From Tubulanus polymorphus (Eukaryota; Animalia; Nemertea): a stretch of DNA of 64,000 bases. The translations under genes were made by a program, and so were the position numbers. Shown piece after piece: positions 27,258-39,731 of this stretch. The notes under the pieces are model-generated. The model made no database searches and had not been told where the DNA came from. It saw nothing but the letters and a program-made list of their open reading frames with translations. The stretch's first letter is position 1; every line of letters begins with the position of its first letter. Where the stretch lies: contig NC_134029.1 of assembly GCF_964204645.1 (NCBI RefSeq), positions 10,628,850-10,692,849 of the forward strand. Direction: 5' to 3'.

Positions 27258-30200
27258 ATGGAAGCAAATAAGTACTACTGTCCAACATGTAATATCAATA
27301 TAGATAAATCCCAAAAAGCAAGACACAATAAAACTAAAACACATTTAGAGAATAAATTGAAACTAGAATATGAATATGATATATTAGAAACTAAATTAGA
27401 TGAATTAAAGAATGAAAAAGAAACATATAAAACTGATACATGTAATCAATCATTCAGTGATAAAAGATATTATAAAGAACATTTAAAATCTAAAAGTCAT
27501 ATTAGAAATAAGAATTATGATATTTTAGGTGAAGATTATTTTGATAAAGATAATGATAAGAAACAGAAGACAATTAAAAGCATAACAAATAAATTAAACA
27601 ATAAAAGACCATACATGGAAGATGTAAGAAAATATATTAATTCATTAGATAATAAAAAAGATATAGAGATAACCGAAGCATTTAAAAGTGATATTGGCCC
27701 AGCAGCTATCGAGTTTAAATTTCATAAAGGAAAAACATTAGAAGAAAATAAAAAACATTTAGAAAATATGAAAGAAATAATAAAAATAATAACTGATGTT
27801 GAATATCCTAAAATAAGTATATCTTCTAAAGTTAAATTCATAAAATCTGAAGATAAACCAATATATAATATAAATTCTCATTCACAACATATTATATATA
27901 AACAACATATAGATGATAAATTAGATAAATGTTATAATGAAGTAAAAACTAAAATAGAAGAGAAATATTTTGAAGGATCTAGTTTAATATTTGATGAAAT
28001 AATATTTATGACTTTACATGTTTATAACACAAAATATAATAAGTTAACTAAATCAAAACCAATTGATGAAAATAATGTATCATATTATAAAGAACCAGAT
28101 ATTGAAGCATCGAGTTATATTAAACTACCATTTAAAACTAATGCTGTAATAAATGTACAAAATGAAGATGATAAATGTTTTCTATGGGCTATAATAAGTT
28201 GTTTACATCCTGCAACTTATAATATTTGTAGATTAACTCATTATAAACCATTTGAAAATAATTATAAGATAGATAAATATCCTGTTATAATTAAAAACAT
28301 CCCAAAAATAGAAAGAGATAATAATTTAAGAATAAATGTATTTGATTTAATCAAATTACCAAATACAAAAGGTAATAATATAAAACATTATACATTAGAA
28401 CCTTTATACCTATTCAAACGATGTTATAGATATATTATATTATGAGAATCATTATATGTGGATTAAACAAATAGATTTATTTTTTAAATCAGAAAATGAT
28501 CACCATGAAATATATCTTTGTAGAAAATGTTTACATAGATTCAGTAATGAAAGTACATTATTAAATCATAAACAATTATGTGAAAATCATGATTATTGTA
28601 AATTAGTTTTACCAAATGAAAAAGATAAAATATTAGAATTCAAAAAATATGATTACAAAAATAAAGTACCATTTGTAATATATATGGAGATTTTGAATCA
28701 TTAAATAAAGAATTAACTGATCAAGATAGAAAAGAAATATATTATAAAAGAAAGAAATTAAATTCTAATGAAAATTATTATTCTGAAGAACCTCCAAAAA
28801 CAAATACTATTAAAAAGATTCATCAATCAGCTGCTGCTTTCGGGTTATATATTAAATCTGATTATCCAGAACTAATTGAAAGTGAATATTATAATTACAG
28901 AAATGAAAATGTTATCAATCATTTTTGTGACTTATTAATTGAATATGAAATAAGATTTAGTAAATTATTGAATACAAATATAGAAATTATAATGACAGAA
29001 GAAGATAAAGAAGAATTTGCGTTTGCAGATAAATGTTATTATTGTGAAAAGATATTTAATTATAAAGATAAAAAAGTAAGAGACCATGATCATTGGAATG
29101 GAAAGTTTAGAGGCGCTGCACATGAGAATTGTAACTTACAAGCTAAGAAAATTAACTTTGTACCAGTTATATTTCATAATCTATCAGGATATGATGCACA
29201 TTTATTTATCAAACAGTTATGCCATAAAATAGAAGAAATTAATAATGAAATAGAAAGATTAAATTCAAATAGATCAAAAGATAAAATACCAACTTATAAA
29301 TTTAGAATGTTAGCTAAAACATCTGAGAATTATATATCATTCCAATTTGGTTGCCTAAGATTTATAGATTCATATAGATTTTTAAATAGTTCATTAGATA
29401 ACTTATCAAAATCATTAGTTGATGATGAATTAAGAATATTAAAGCAACACTACCCAAATAATGATGATTTCCAATTAATGAGATATAAAGGCGCAATTCC
29501 ATATTCTTTCTATAAAAATCATAATGATTTTAACAGAACTGAATTATTGAAAGAACAATTCTATGATGAATTAAAAAATGAATATGTTAAAGATGAAGTC
29601 TATAATAGAACATTGAATATTTGGAATCATTTCAAAATAGAAAATCATGGGCAATTAGTAGGATTATATTTAAAATCAGATGTATTATTATTAACTGATA
29701 TATTCGAAAGGTTTAGAGATGTAAACCTAAAATATATTAACATTGATCCATGTCATTGTTATTCATCACCAGGTTTAACATGGGATTGTGGATTAAAATT
29801 TACAGATATAAAAATGGATTTGTTAACAAATATAGATCAATTACTATTATTTGAAAAATCTATAAGAGGAGGAGTTTCAGGTGTATTAGGTGATAGATAT
29901 TCCAATATAAATGATAACCCTGGATATAAGTTATTATATATAGATGCAAATAATTTGTATGGTTGGGCAATGATGGAACCACAACCTTATGGAGTATTTG
30001 AAATAAGTGAAGTTTTACAGAATGAAAATAATGATAAATTTGATTGGAAGAAAAGAATTCTAGATATTGCAGATGATTCAGAGACTGGTTACTTCTTTGT
30101 TGTAGATTTAGAATATCCTGAACATATCAAATTTAAATCTAGAAATCTAGCTTACTGTCCCGAACATAAAACTGTAACTCATGAAGAATTATCAAATTAC

Positions 30201-31273
30201 CAAAAAAGAATTAAACCCGAAAATCATATTCATACAGAAAAGTTAATGGTAACTCAGGAAGATAAATATAATTATGTAATACATTATAGAATGTTAAAGT
30301 TTTATCTAAAACAAGGAATGGTTCTAAAAAAAGTACATAGATATATTTCATTCAGCCAATCTAAGTGGTTAGAAAAATATATAGATTTTAACACCAAACA
30401 GAGAACTAAAGCTAAAACCGATTTCGAGAAAGATTTCTTCAAGTTAATGAATAATGCATTCTATGGTAAGACTTGTGAAAATATTAGAAATAGAAATGAT
30501 ATTGAGTTAGTAATGGTAAAAGAATTAGACATTTACAAACATATCCTAAGTTCATTGGTAACAGAATATTTGATGAAAATTTAGCTGCAGTTAAGATGAG
30601 AAGAACATCAATGAAATTTAATAAACCAATCTATGTTGGCGCTTCAGTTTTAGAATTATCAAAATTACTAATGTATGAATTTTATTATAACATATTACAA
30701 CCACTTTTTGGAGAAAAACATATAGAAATATTATATTTTGATACTGACAGTTACATATTAAAGATAAAAACTGATAACATAACTGATGATTTAAAAACAT
30801 TAAAACATCATTTTGATTTTAGTAACTATCCTAAAGATCATGAATTGTTTAGCAATGATAATAAAAAAGTTCCAGGGAAGTCTAAGGATGAATTAGGCGG
30901 TGAAGAAATGATCGAGTTCATAGGTATTAGATCTAAAATGTATTCATATAAAACTAAAGAACATGAATCTAAAAAGTTAAAAGGAATAACCAAAAATGTA
31001 GTAGAAAAGAATATTCATTTCAAAGATTACATCAATTGTATATTCAATGAAGAAGTTAGAAAACATAAGATGAGATGTTTAAGATCTGAAGATCATGAAA
31101 CGTTTATTGAAGAAATTGAAAAGATAAGTCTAAACCCATTTGATGATAAAAGATATATTTTAGATGATGGAATTCATACAGTTGCATATGGTTGCAATTT
31201 AGATGAATACTTAAAATTTAAAAGAGAAGAAACAAAAGAGAACGAGATAATGAAAAGAATTCTAACGTGTTAA
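27258..31273 (+). pseudogene. Protein-primed family B DNA polymerase (pPolB), three apparent frameshifts (~28410, ~28680, ~30510)
   Basis: ExoI VIYGDFES (reconstructed), ExoII FHNLSGYD, ExoIII YLKSDVLLL, pol motifs YIDANNLYGWAM, KLMNNAFYGK, YFDTDS; EndoVII-like RDHDH..G.FRGAAH..CN. Confidence 0.93.
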
Positions 31274-31352
31274 TCAAATTTTAATAAAAATATGTTATTA
31301 AAATGGAGAGTAAACAAGCGCACAGTGAGAGCAACAAATTATTTCTAGATAG

Positions 31353-32618
31353 TGATACACCGGTCACAATCCTCTCTTTAATCGTTGAATATAAAAACGT
31401 AAAGATCGGTCCCTGGCGAGAGAACGTGTCCGTGCACAAACCTAAATAATTAAACTAAAATGCCGAAATTCTGATTGAATATGATAATAATAAAATAGAT
31501 TTTATTTACCTTGATAATAGTAATATCTCCAGATAACACACAGTCCAATTCCTAACTCTAAACTCCTATTGTACACTACTGTTGGTAACCCGTCTTAATT
31601 CTGGTATTTCAACCCAATCTCAAGTATCTTAACGAGCGTCCCTGGTAGGTCTGCTTTCTCAAGACTGCGGGCCTCTTTTATGGAAAAGATCGGCATTCCT
31701 AGAATGCCGACTCTCCCGTTCGACTTTTGGCAAGGAGCAGCAACCTAGCTGTCATGACGGTTTTGGACATGTAGAATTAGCCTTAATGATTCGCTAATCT
31801 AAAATTATTTGAGAAACTGATTTGCCAAAGTAACTTTTCTTTCCAACCCTCCTGTCATGACGCGCTTTGATTTACTCACTCCTTGCTTATCTTTGTTGAG
31901 AGAGCAGCTATTCTCTACGAGTTACCAACAGACATGTACACCAACAGAAACTTTAGAGAGCTAGTATTGATATTTGCCACAATTAAACTTCCATAAAACT
32001 TAAGCGATTATAAAGGTCTTGTCCTTAATTAACATCCAGGATACTTAATTTAGATATATTTTCAAAACTTAGTTTTCACCTAGATTATGGAACAAACTCA
32101 TCGTTTCTTTTCCAATTAACAATAGTAAACTTTTGATTCAGAAATACAATGTAATTAATTATCAAATCTAAAATCATTCTATACTTATTATACCAATTTC
32201 CATTTATAATTTAACTAATTCTATTATGATACAGGATAAAGCAAAACAACAATGTCTTCCTATACTTCCGGTTCTTCCTTTTATAGAAAGTAGTCGGGAG
32301 TATCAAGAAGTAACAGCGAGATCCCTGCACAAACCACATTATCAAAGCACCTCATTGTTCCGACCCAACCAATTACAGTTCCGTCTATTCTTAAATTTAA
32401 AAATAATTCTGAATGTTTGCCAGATATCGCAGCACAAGAACCGAGAAAGAATTATTTTTGCACCTGGCTGATTTATTGTCAGCGCTGATAGATCAAAGCA
32501 TCAAACAACAACTTGCACACATCGTTTGCTGTCTGATACCCATAAAGAAACCACCAACGCAAACAAAAACCAACATTACAAACATTTTTTAGTTACTACG
32601 GAATCTTGCTGCGGATCA
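31353..32618 (-). repeat. 3' LTR (1266 bp)
   Basis: Direct repeat of 36331-37589; about 9 substitutions and one 7-bp indel by eye. Confidence 0.95.
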
Positions 32619-34655
32619 TCACTCAATCGTCCCGAAATTTTGAATTTAAACCAACTCGTGAATATCCCGCTGATACCTCTAGAACAAATCCTGAAAAAGA
32701 ACATCAGTAAACAATTCATTATAACGAGTAACTATTTCTTAGAGTTCGACACTACAACGCATATTAAAGTTCATGATATAGTTTATCATAAAACCGCATT
32801 TAAAGTTCCGGATACCCAATCGGAAAAAAGTTCATTCGAGGCCGCTGTCCCCGCACACTAAACACTCGAAAGTTAAGCACAAAACAGTTCACAGTTTGAG
32901 TTTAGAATTTACCGCGAAGTGACGCAACAGCTACCAGACACAACAAGGTACGTCATGGACGGACGAATGACGTCATCCACCGCAGTTCCTCGAAGCGCGT
33001 ACTGCTACGTTGATAGTACGGCAAAACGCATTTATGTTCAGCTGAATACTTGCTCGCTATTCATAGACGCTATAGTACTACGGTTACTATACCGGAGTCT
33101 TTTCTCCACAGTTAATATAGAAACGGAACAGTAATGTATTCGCATCTTACGGCTTGAGCGAACAACATTCCATCGAATGTTAATGTAACTACACGGGAGC
33201 CATCTTGAACACACTCGGCTTTACTCCGCTAAAATGTCTACGGAAATTATCACTTTTCTCCATATTTCGTATCGCATTGGCCAGGTGTCTTTGTCCACCC
33301 TTCATCACTTAAGTTTGTGAGTATATAACAGGTCTTCGAGAGTGACAAACACCACTAACAATGGCCAGAATCGCATGACTTATCATCGAGCATGATTCCA
33401 TCCCGTTGAAACGGCAACGCCCTAGATCGTTGTTGTAGGCTGTATATAGTTGTTCCTTTTTCCTCGTTAATTGACGAATCGGTGAATTAATATCACCCAT
33501 CTCGGCCAGAGCATACCAGTTGCTGGTTTTTCAAACTATCAGTTGCATCGAATAGAGTTTCAGGATACCTCCCAACAAGTCCCCATCTCCATATGGTCAC
33601 TATCAGGGGGATACCCGTCAACATCTATTGCGGTTGACAGAAGAAGGCATTCTTCCATCTTAGTGCTATCGTATCTTCGGCGGTCTCATTCCAACACATC
33701 CGATACGGGTATCCTACAATTAATATCATTATAATACAGAGATTATTCAAACATATCATAACTCCTTCTTTTCTAACTGACAATTAATGACATCCATTCA
33801 GACTACAGATAATAAACCCTAGAGACTAGTGATATTTCAGCAAAAAAAAAAAACCAATATCACGACAATCAAGCTATTATTCACTTTTATTTATAGTTGT
33901 CTTTATCTCCTGTATTAGATTAAACCCAGATCAGGAGTTAACTCATTGGCAACAATGCGTTATATATACTTCAGTTTTACAACACTTAAGTAATTATATT
34001 TCGATAACTTACTGAAGAGACGCTTACCGTATACAATTCATAATTTTCAATAGGACGTATGCATCTTGATCCAAACTCTAAATAATTCGATTATACTTAC
34101 AAATTTTGTCTGACGTCTGAGGGTCTTCCACATGTGTGATAGACACCTCCGGTGGCCGAGGAAGCTGTCCTGACTTCGCCTCTGTTTTGAGTGATCGGTC
34201 AAGTGACCATCCATCTTTCCACGAATCACTACGACACGTATCTTCAAAGAGGGTGACGTGTCGTGACGTAGGGTTCGTGACTCGAAGCCTATGCCTTGAT
34301 GGCATGACGCTAACAACTGACCTTGCGCTCATGAGATCACGCATTCTCAAATCATGTACAGGCTCAAAGGCTGCAATCGATGACTGAGACTTGTCAATTA
34401 ACCACTTACGGTCTACGGTTACAGTTCCCCTCAGGTTCAAAATAAAGAGAAAATGAGTCAGCTAGCATGTTGCCCTGATCAAATGACATGTCGAATATAT
34501 CATCCCTATCGTCCTCAAAATAATCATCAACATCATCAAAAATGTAATCGTCAATTACTGGACTGTCATCATCATAACTATGACAACCCGAATATGTGTC
34601 ATCCCACCAATAATCACTCCTTATTAACGAGTCCGGCGAGGGCTCAGTTGACCAT

Positions 34656-35732
34656 TCATTGCGCGACCCCACCCTTATCGGTCCATAGGATGAGGTCTCC
34701 GGTCGTTTCCCTGACCAAATGTTCGATTAGCCCCTTGGGAGCCACGCCCAATATTCTGTGGCCGAAACTGACCCCTACTAGCATTTTGGGGACGGCGATT
34801 ATCACGCTGAAATGCGTCCCGGTTTGGTGACCTTTGTTGGTCGTAACGCCACGTCGGGCAATTCCTGGCGTAATGACCAGGAGCGTGACATTGAAAGCAC
34901 ACCACCTGGCCATCCTGTGACCTTTGTAACGGGCGGCTTCCCTATAAAATGTGGCTCTATCATTCCGCTGAGTACGGGTAGACTTCTGGATGTCCATAAT
35001 TTGGCGGAACATGTTCCGTAATTCAGCCATAACGTCACCCATCGCTTTATTTGGTTCGGTCCCAATTTGCGATACCTTGGGAGACGACAGAGCTTTACGT
35101 TGTTCGATATGCTCCGCCATTCTGGCTGCCTCCCATGCATCCCTAAATGTCGTCGGACGCTGTGACAACAGGTAGACAGAGATGTCAGGGCGTGAGTTGT
35201 TAATTAGTAACATCTTTTTCTGGTGGTCCGAAAATTTCAAACTCGAGGCCACACGATCAATCTCTTCCGCAAACCTATCGACCGGTTGTGTCTCCCCCTG
35301 TCGCATCGTCGTCAAAGCCGACTCCTTGACCAAAGCCCACGAGGTGGGGCTAAATTGCGCGCAAAACGCACGGACAATATTTTCCCAGGGAGTGACAACT
35401 TTGCCACCGGTCGCATCGGTTCCCTGATCAATTCGAAGATCATTAAATAAGATTAGGGCCGGGCCAGCCAAAAACCAATACAACTGTTTCTTTTTAGCGT
35501 CATCGTTCCAACCCCTTAGATCGGCCAAACGGTCAAATCCTTTGAACCAATCAGAGACGCACTGGTCGTCTCGTCCCGTAAATTTAGGGAGCAAAGAGAA
35601 ATTCATGAACGCCGTGGCTGTGTCCACCTGTTCGCGAAGGCCAGAGAGGGCCTGCAGAACAGTGTCGTTGCTTACAGCGGATCGTTCCCGTGAGCCACCC
35701 GCACCGTACGTCGTCTCCCCTCCAGTCGACAT
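34656..35732 (-). CDS. gag: Gypsy-type Gag (capsid domain); the CCHC zinc knuckle lies in an overlapping frame (34675..34905)
   Basis: LPKFTG..VSDWFKGF..GWND..L.GPA and MRQGETQPVDRF motifs; CFQCHAPGHYARNC in the shifted frame. Confidence 0.85.
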   Translation of the reverse strand: MSTGGETTYGAGGSRERSAVSNDTVLQALSGLREQVDTATAFMNFSLLPKFTGRDDQCVSDWFKGFDRLADLRGWNDDAKKKQLYWFLAGPALILFNDLRIDQGTDATGGKVVTPWENIVRAFCAQFSPTSWALVKESALTTMRQGETQPVDRFAEEIDRVASSLKFSDHQKKMLLINNSRPDISVYLLSQRPTTFRDAWEAARMAEHIEQRKALSSPKVSQIGTEPNKAMGDVMAELRNMFRQIMDIQKSTRTQRNDRATFYREAARYKGHRMARWCAFNVTLLVITPGIARRGVTTNKGHQTGTHFSVIIAVPKMLVGVSFGHRILGVAPKGLIEHLVRETTGDLILWTDKGGVAQ

Positions 35733-35799
35733 TGTATATCTTTAAACGAATACTAATCTAAAATAACATTTTTAAAAATTTCCAACCCAAAAAATAGAT

Positions 35800-36163
35800 G
35801 TAGGTTCGATTCCCCATCCTGGCTGGACGGTTTTGGCAATTCACAAGGTGGAGGGTTCGAACCCCTCAATGGCTGTAGTGCAGCCCCATCGGTGTCGACC
35901 TGCATGGCGAGTAGGTTAGAATCCCACAGAGGTCCCTGACACTCCTCCGGTATTACACATGAGCGTGCAGTGGTGGGTTCGAATCCCACGACGGCTCTCG
36001 AAGTTCCTCCGGAATCTCAAATGGTCGTGCACTTCGCGGGTTCGAATCCCGCAATGTCTCAACAGGGACGACCGGAGTTGGCAGTGGGTTCGAATCCCAC
36101 AATGGTTCCCGAAACTCCACCGGAATTTCAAATGGTTTCGTTTGATGTGGGTTCGACTCCCAC
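35800..36163 (+). repeat. Array of seven tRNA T-arm / B-box hairpins in the retrotransposon leader
   Basis: 5-bp stem + TTCGAAT-type loop at 35800, 35851, 35911, 35973, 36036, 36084 and 36147. Confidence 0.85.
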
Positions 36164-36315
36164 AGTAGCTTTTCGAATGGCGGGCTGGTTGTAGCGCGGC
36201 GCTTCTTAGAAAATGCGTTCTTCGCACCACAATGTGAGCATATAAAAATGTGTACCATTTGAACAACAATTAATTACTAATGCAAAAGTTTCCGGCACAA
36301 CTGAACTAAACATTA

Positions 36316-36329
36316 GGGTTTCGGTACCA
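36316..36329 (-). other. Primer binding site, tRNA-Phe-like
   Basis: TGGTACCGAAACCC one base from the LTR; canonical tRNA-Phe PBS begins TGGTGCCGAAACCC. Confidence 0.7.
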
Positions 36330-36330
36330 G

Positions 36331-37589
36331 TGATACACCGGTCACAATCCTCTCTTTAATCGTTGAATATAAAAACGTAAAGATCGGTCCCTGGCGAGAG
36401 AACGTGTCCGTGCACAAACCCAAATAATTAAACTAAAATGCCGAAATTCTGATTGAATATGATAAAAATAAAATAGATTTTATTTACCTTGATAATAGTA
36501 ATATCTCCAGATAACACACAGTCCAATTCCTAACTCTAAACTCCTATTGTACACTACTGTTGGTAACCCGTCTCAATTCTGGTATTTCAACCCAATCTCA
36601 AGTATCTTAACGAGCGTCCCTGGTAGGTCTGCTTTCTCAAGACTGCGGGCCTCTTTTATGGAAAAGATCGGCATTCCTAGAATGCCGACTCTCCCGTTCG
36701 ACTTTTGGCAAGGAGCAGCAACCTAGCTGTCATGACGGTTTTGGACATGTAGAATTAGCCTTAATGATTCGCTAATCTAAAATTACTTGAGAAACTGATT
36801 TGCCAAAGTAACTTTTCTTTCCAACCCTCCTGTCATGACGCGCTTTGATTTACTCACTCCTTGCTTATCTTTGTTGAGAGAGCAGCTATTCTCTACGAGT
36901 TACCAACAGACATGTACACCAACAGAAACTTTAGAGAGCTAGTATTGATATTTGCCACAATTAAACTTCCATAAAACTTAAGCGATTATAAAGGTCTTGT
37001 CTTTAATTAACATCCAGGATACTTAATTTAGATATATTTTCAAAACTTAGTTTTCACCTAGATTATGGAACAAACTCATCGTTTCTTTTCCAATTAACAA
37101 TAGTAAACTTTTGATTCAGAAATACAATGTAATTAATTATCAAATCTAAAATCATTCTATACTTATTATACCAATTTTCATTTATAATTTAACTAATTCT
37201 ATTATGATACAGGATAAAGCAAAACAACAATGTCTTCCTATACTTCCGGTTCTTCCTTTTATAGAAAGTAGTATCAAGAAGTAACAGCGAGATCCCTGCA
37301 CAAACCACATTATCAAAGCACCTCATTGTACCGACCCAACCAATTACAGTTCCGTCTATTCTTAAATTTAAAAATAATTCTGAATGTTTGCCAGATATGT
37401 CAGCACAAGAACCGAGAAAGAATTATTTTTGCACCTGGCTGATTTATTGTCAGCGCTGATAGATCAAAGCATCAAACAACAACTTGCACACATCGTTTGC
37501 TGTCTGATACCCATAAAGAAACCACCAACGCAAACAAAAACCAACATTACAAACATTTTTTAGTTACTACGGAATCTTGCTGCGGATCA
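36331..37589 (-). repeat. 5' LTR (1259 bp)
   Basis: Direct repeat of 31353-32618; PBS adjacent on the internal side. Confidence 0.95.
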
Positions 37590-37914
37590 ATAGAATTAAA
37601 GATATAACAAATGTAAAATCTGTAGATTATAAATTCAAAAAGTTAACAGAATTAACAATCCATAAGAAATATCTAATTACAAATATTGATACAGTTACTA
37701 ATAACTATGGAGATAAATTAGTTATACACTTAGAATATGAAGGATTAAAAGGAAATACACATAAATTCAGAACTTATTTACCGGATAGATTTCATAGATT
37801 ATCCAGTGAAGATCTAGAAGAATTATGTTCTGGAGATTTCTATTTCGTATACAAAGGTAAGAATGAAAAAGGGCACCATGAAATAGATTTCGAATAAGAA
37901 AATATGTAAAATAA

Positions 37915-38674
37915 ATGGCGGAATTAAAAGAATACAGAATATTTGTTGATTCTAGAAGGCTTACAAATTATAAATCTCATAATTTACTAGTACAATAAGA
38001 TAGAGAATTCAAGAATTGTGTAGATTTAAAATTAGTTAATATAAGTTTATGTAATTCTTTTTATAATATAACGGATAAAACTATTGAAGATAATACTTTT
38101 TAAATTCATATTGGAAATATAGATAAATGGTTTCATATAATTTTAAAACCAGGATTATATAATTTAGATACATTAGCTCAAGAAAATTAATCGAAGAGCC
38201 CGGTTGAAAATTAGAAGAGATGATAAATTTTTAATTAGATTTATAAAAAGTGATAGCACAAATAAAATTAAAATAAAGGTATATGATGAAAGTCAACATG
38301 CATTTATGGTAAAAAAACCCATAGCTAAACTGTTAGGAATTGTACCAGATACTGTTACAGGAAACATAGATGGTAATTCAAATATAATACCTTTTACACA
38401 CTTTTATATTTATTGCAATTTAATCGAGCCTACAAAAACATTCGAAGCAACTAAAGATATAACTTGTAATTCTGGTTTACTAAACATTTTACCATTGAAG
38501 AATGTTAAAGAATTTGGAACGCAAATAAATTATAATTTAACTGAATGTGATTTCAAACCTTGTATTCCACATTTCAATAATTTTAAATTAGAAATAAGAA
38601 ATCATAATGGTTATTTAATTGATTTGAATAACTTTCCTGTGATATATGAATTAGTTATAAGATGTAGAGAGTAA
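37915..38674 (+). pseudogene. Minor capsid (penton-like) protein, disrupted
   Basis: Homolog of intact 63103..63858; stop near 38101 plus a frameshift. Confidence 0.7.
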
Positions 38675-38690
38675 TTTTTTCACTATGTAA

Positions 38691-39047
38691 ATGAATATAA
38701 CTGTTGGGCCGAGCATATGTTTTGGATTTGATTTTAAACGTGAGAAAGAAATGAAATTTAACATTAATGATGTAATTACACATATCAAAAATATTACATT
38801 TTCTAATGAAACAACATTTAAGTATGAAACAACAATAGATAAAGAAACTTTAGATGTAGAAAAGATTACTAATTTAATTAGAGAATCTTTAAGATTTTAT
38901 GAATTAGATGAAGATTTTATCATCGATGATATTAAAAAAATAATAATTGAAATATATACAAATGAAACTAGTAATGAAATAAATGTTGAATTAATCATAA
39001 ATAAGATAACTAAATATTTTGATGATAGTAATTTTTTTGATAAATAA
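38691..39047 (+). CDS. Polinton hypothetical protein (118 aa)
   Basis: TAAATG start; disrupted homolog at 62726..63086. Confidence 0.75.
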   Translation: MNITVGPSICFGFDFKREKEMKFNINDVITHIKNITFSNETTFKYETTIDKETLDVEKITNLIRESLRFYELDEDFIIDDIKKIIIEIYTNETSNEINVELIINKITKYFDDSNFFDK

Positions 39048-39269
39048 ATGAGTGATAATAAGTGGATAATAACTGGATTATATAATGGAGCATTACTATC
39101 AGTTGGAACCGTTGGTTATTCAATGGTATTAAAAAAAGTATTTAAAATGGGAAGTGTTAATGTTGATAGATTTGATATAAATGATATTTTAAAATTAACG
39201 TTAGCAGTTACTTTATCTAATTTAACTATTGATTATTTAGAAAAACAAAAATATATTCCTCCCATATAA
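39048..39269 (+). CDS. Small hydrophobic protein (73 aa)
   Basis: Nearly identical homolog at 62504..62725. Confidence 0.8.
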   Translation: MSDNKWIITGLYNGALLSVGTVGYSMVLKKVFKMGSVNVDRFDINDILKLTLAVTLSNLTIDYLEKQKYIPPI

Positions 39270-39293
39270 ATACATAATTATTTTACTATATAA

Positions 39294-39711
39294 ATGGCTT
39301 CTGCAATTATAACTATTATAGGATCGGCAATTGTTAACGCTTTAGCATTTACTGGTGGTGGTTATTTATTTAAGCATATTGATAAAAATGGGTCATTAAC
39401 AGAACAAAAAAGACATAACTTAGCATTAGAAAAATAAAGCAGCGGAAGAATATAGAGAAAAGAGGCAAAACTATATGGATTACATCAATAAAGAATTATA
39501 TGATCAGAAGATTTCACATAGAGATTTTCAATCAGTTGATGATGCAATGAGTTTATATAACGCGGTAACAAATAAAGAAAAATTACATCTACATAAACTT
39601 AATTCATCAGATTATTATACCCCAAGTAAAGACCAACAGAAATATGAAATAATATGGATTTTAGGTGGAACAGTTATTGTTATATTTGTTGCTTATAAGT
39701 GTACTAATTAG
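39294..39711 (+). pseudogene. Membrane/coiled-coil protein, frameshifted
   Basis: Homolog of intact 62057..62479. Confidence 0.75.
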
Positions 39712-39731
39712 TAATTTTTTTTGCTAAATAA

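Larger units (their letters stand above)
31353..37589 (-). mobile_element. Non-autonomous (gag-only) Ty3/Gypsy-like LTR retrotransposon
   Basis: Two near-identical LTRs with TGAT...ATCA ends, 4-bp TSD ATAG (31349-31352 / 37590-37593), PBS, gag; no pol motifs seen. Confidence 0.92.
31303..37897 (+). pseudogene. Small conserved Polinton protein (possibly OB-fold/SSB-like), split by the LTR insertion
   Basis: Removing 31353-37593 restores the in-frame read MESKQAHSESNKLFLDRIKDITNVKS...; homologous C-terminus in copy B at 63876-64000; the fold is only a guess. Confidence 0.75.

Noticed and set aside
32619-34400. pol or env gene in the LTR interior
   Set aside because: No protease, YxDD, RNase H or integrase motifs; only short ORFs
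35800-36163. Real tRNA genes or a CRISPR-like array
   Set aside because: Units are only 48-63 nt and lack D and anticodon arms; the spacers are related to each other, the context is eukaryotic and there are no cas genes
37577-37600. ORF-track start MLRINR for the 106-aa ORF
   Set aside because: This start comes from LTR sequence; the true start is at 31303, before the insertion
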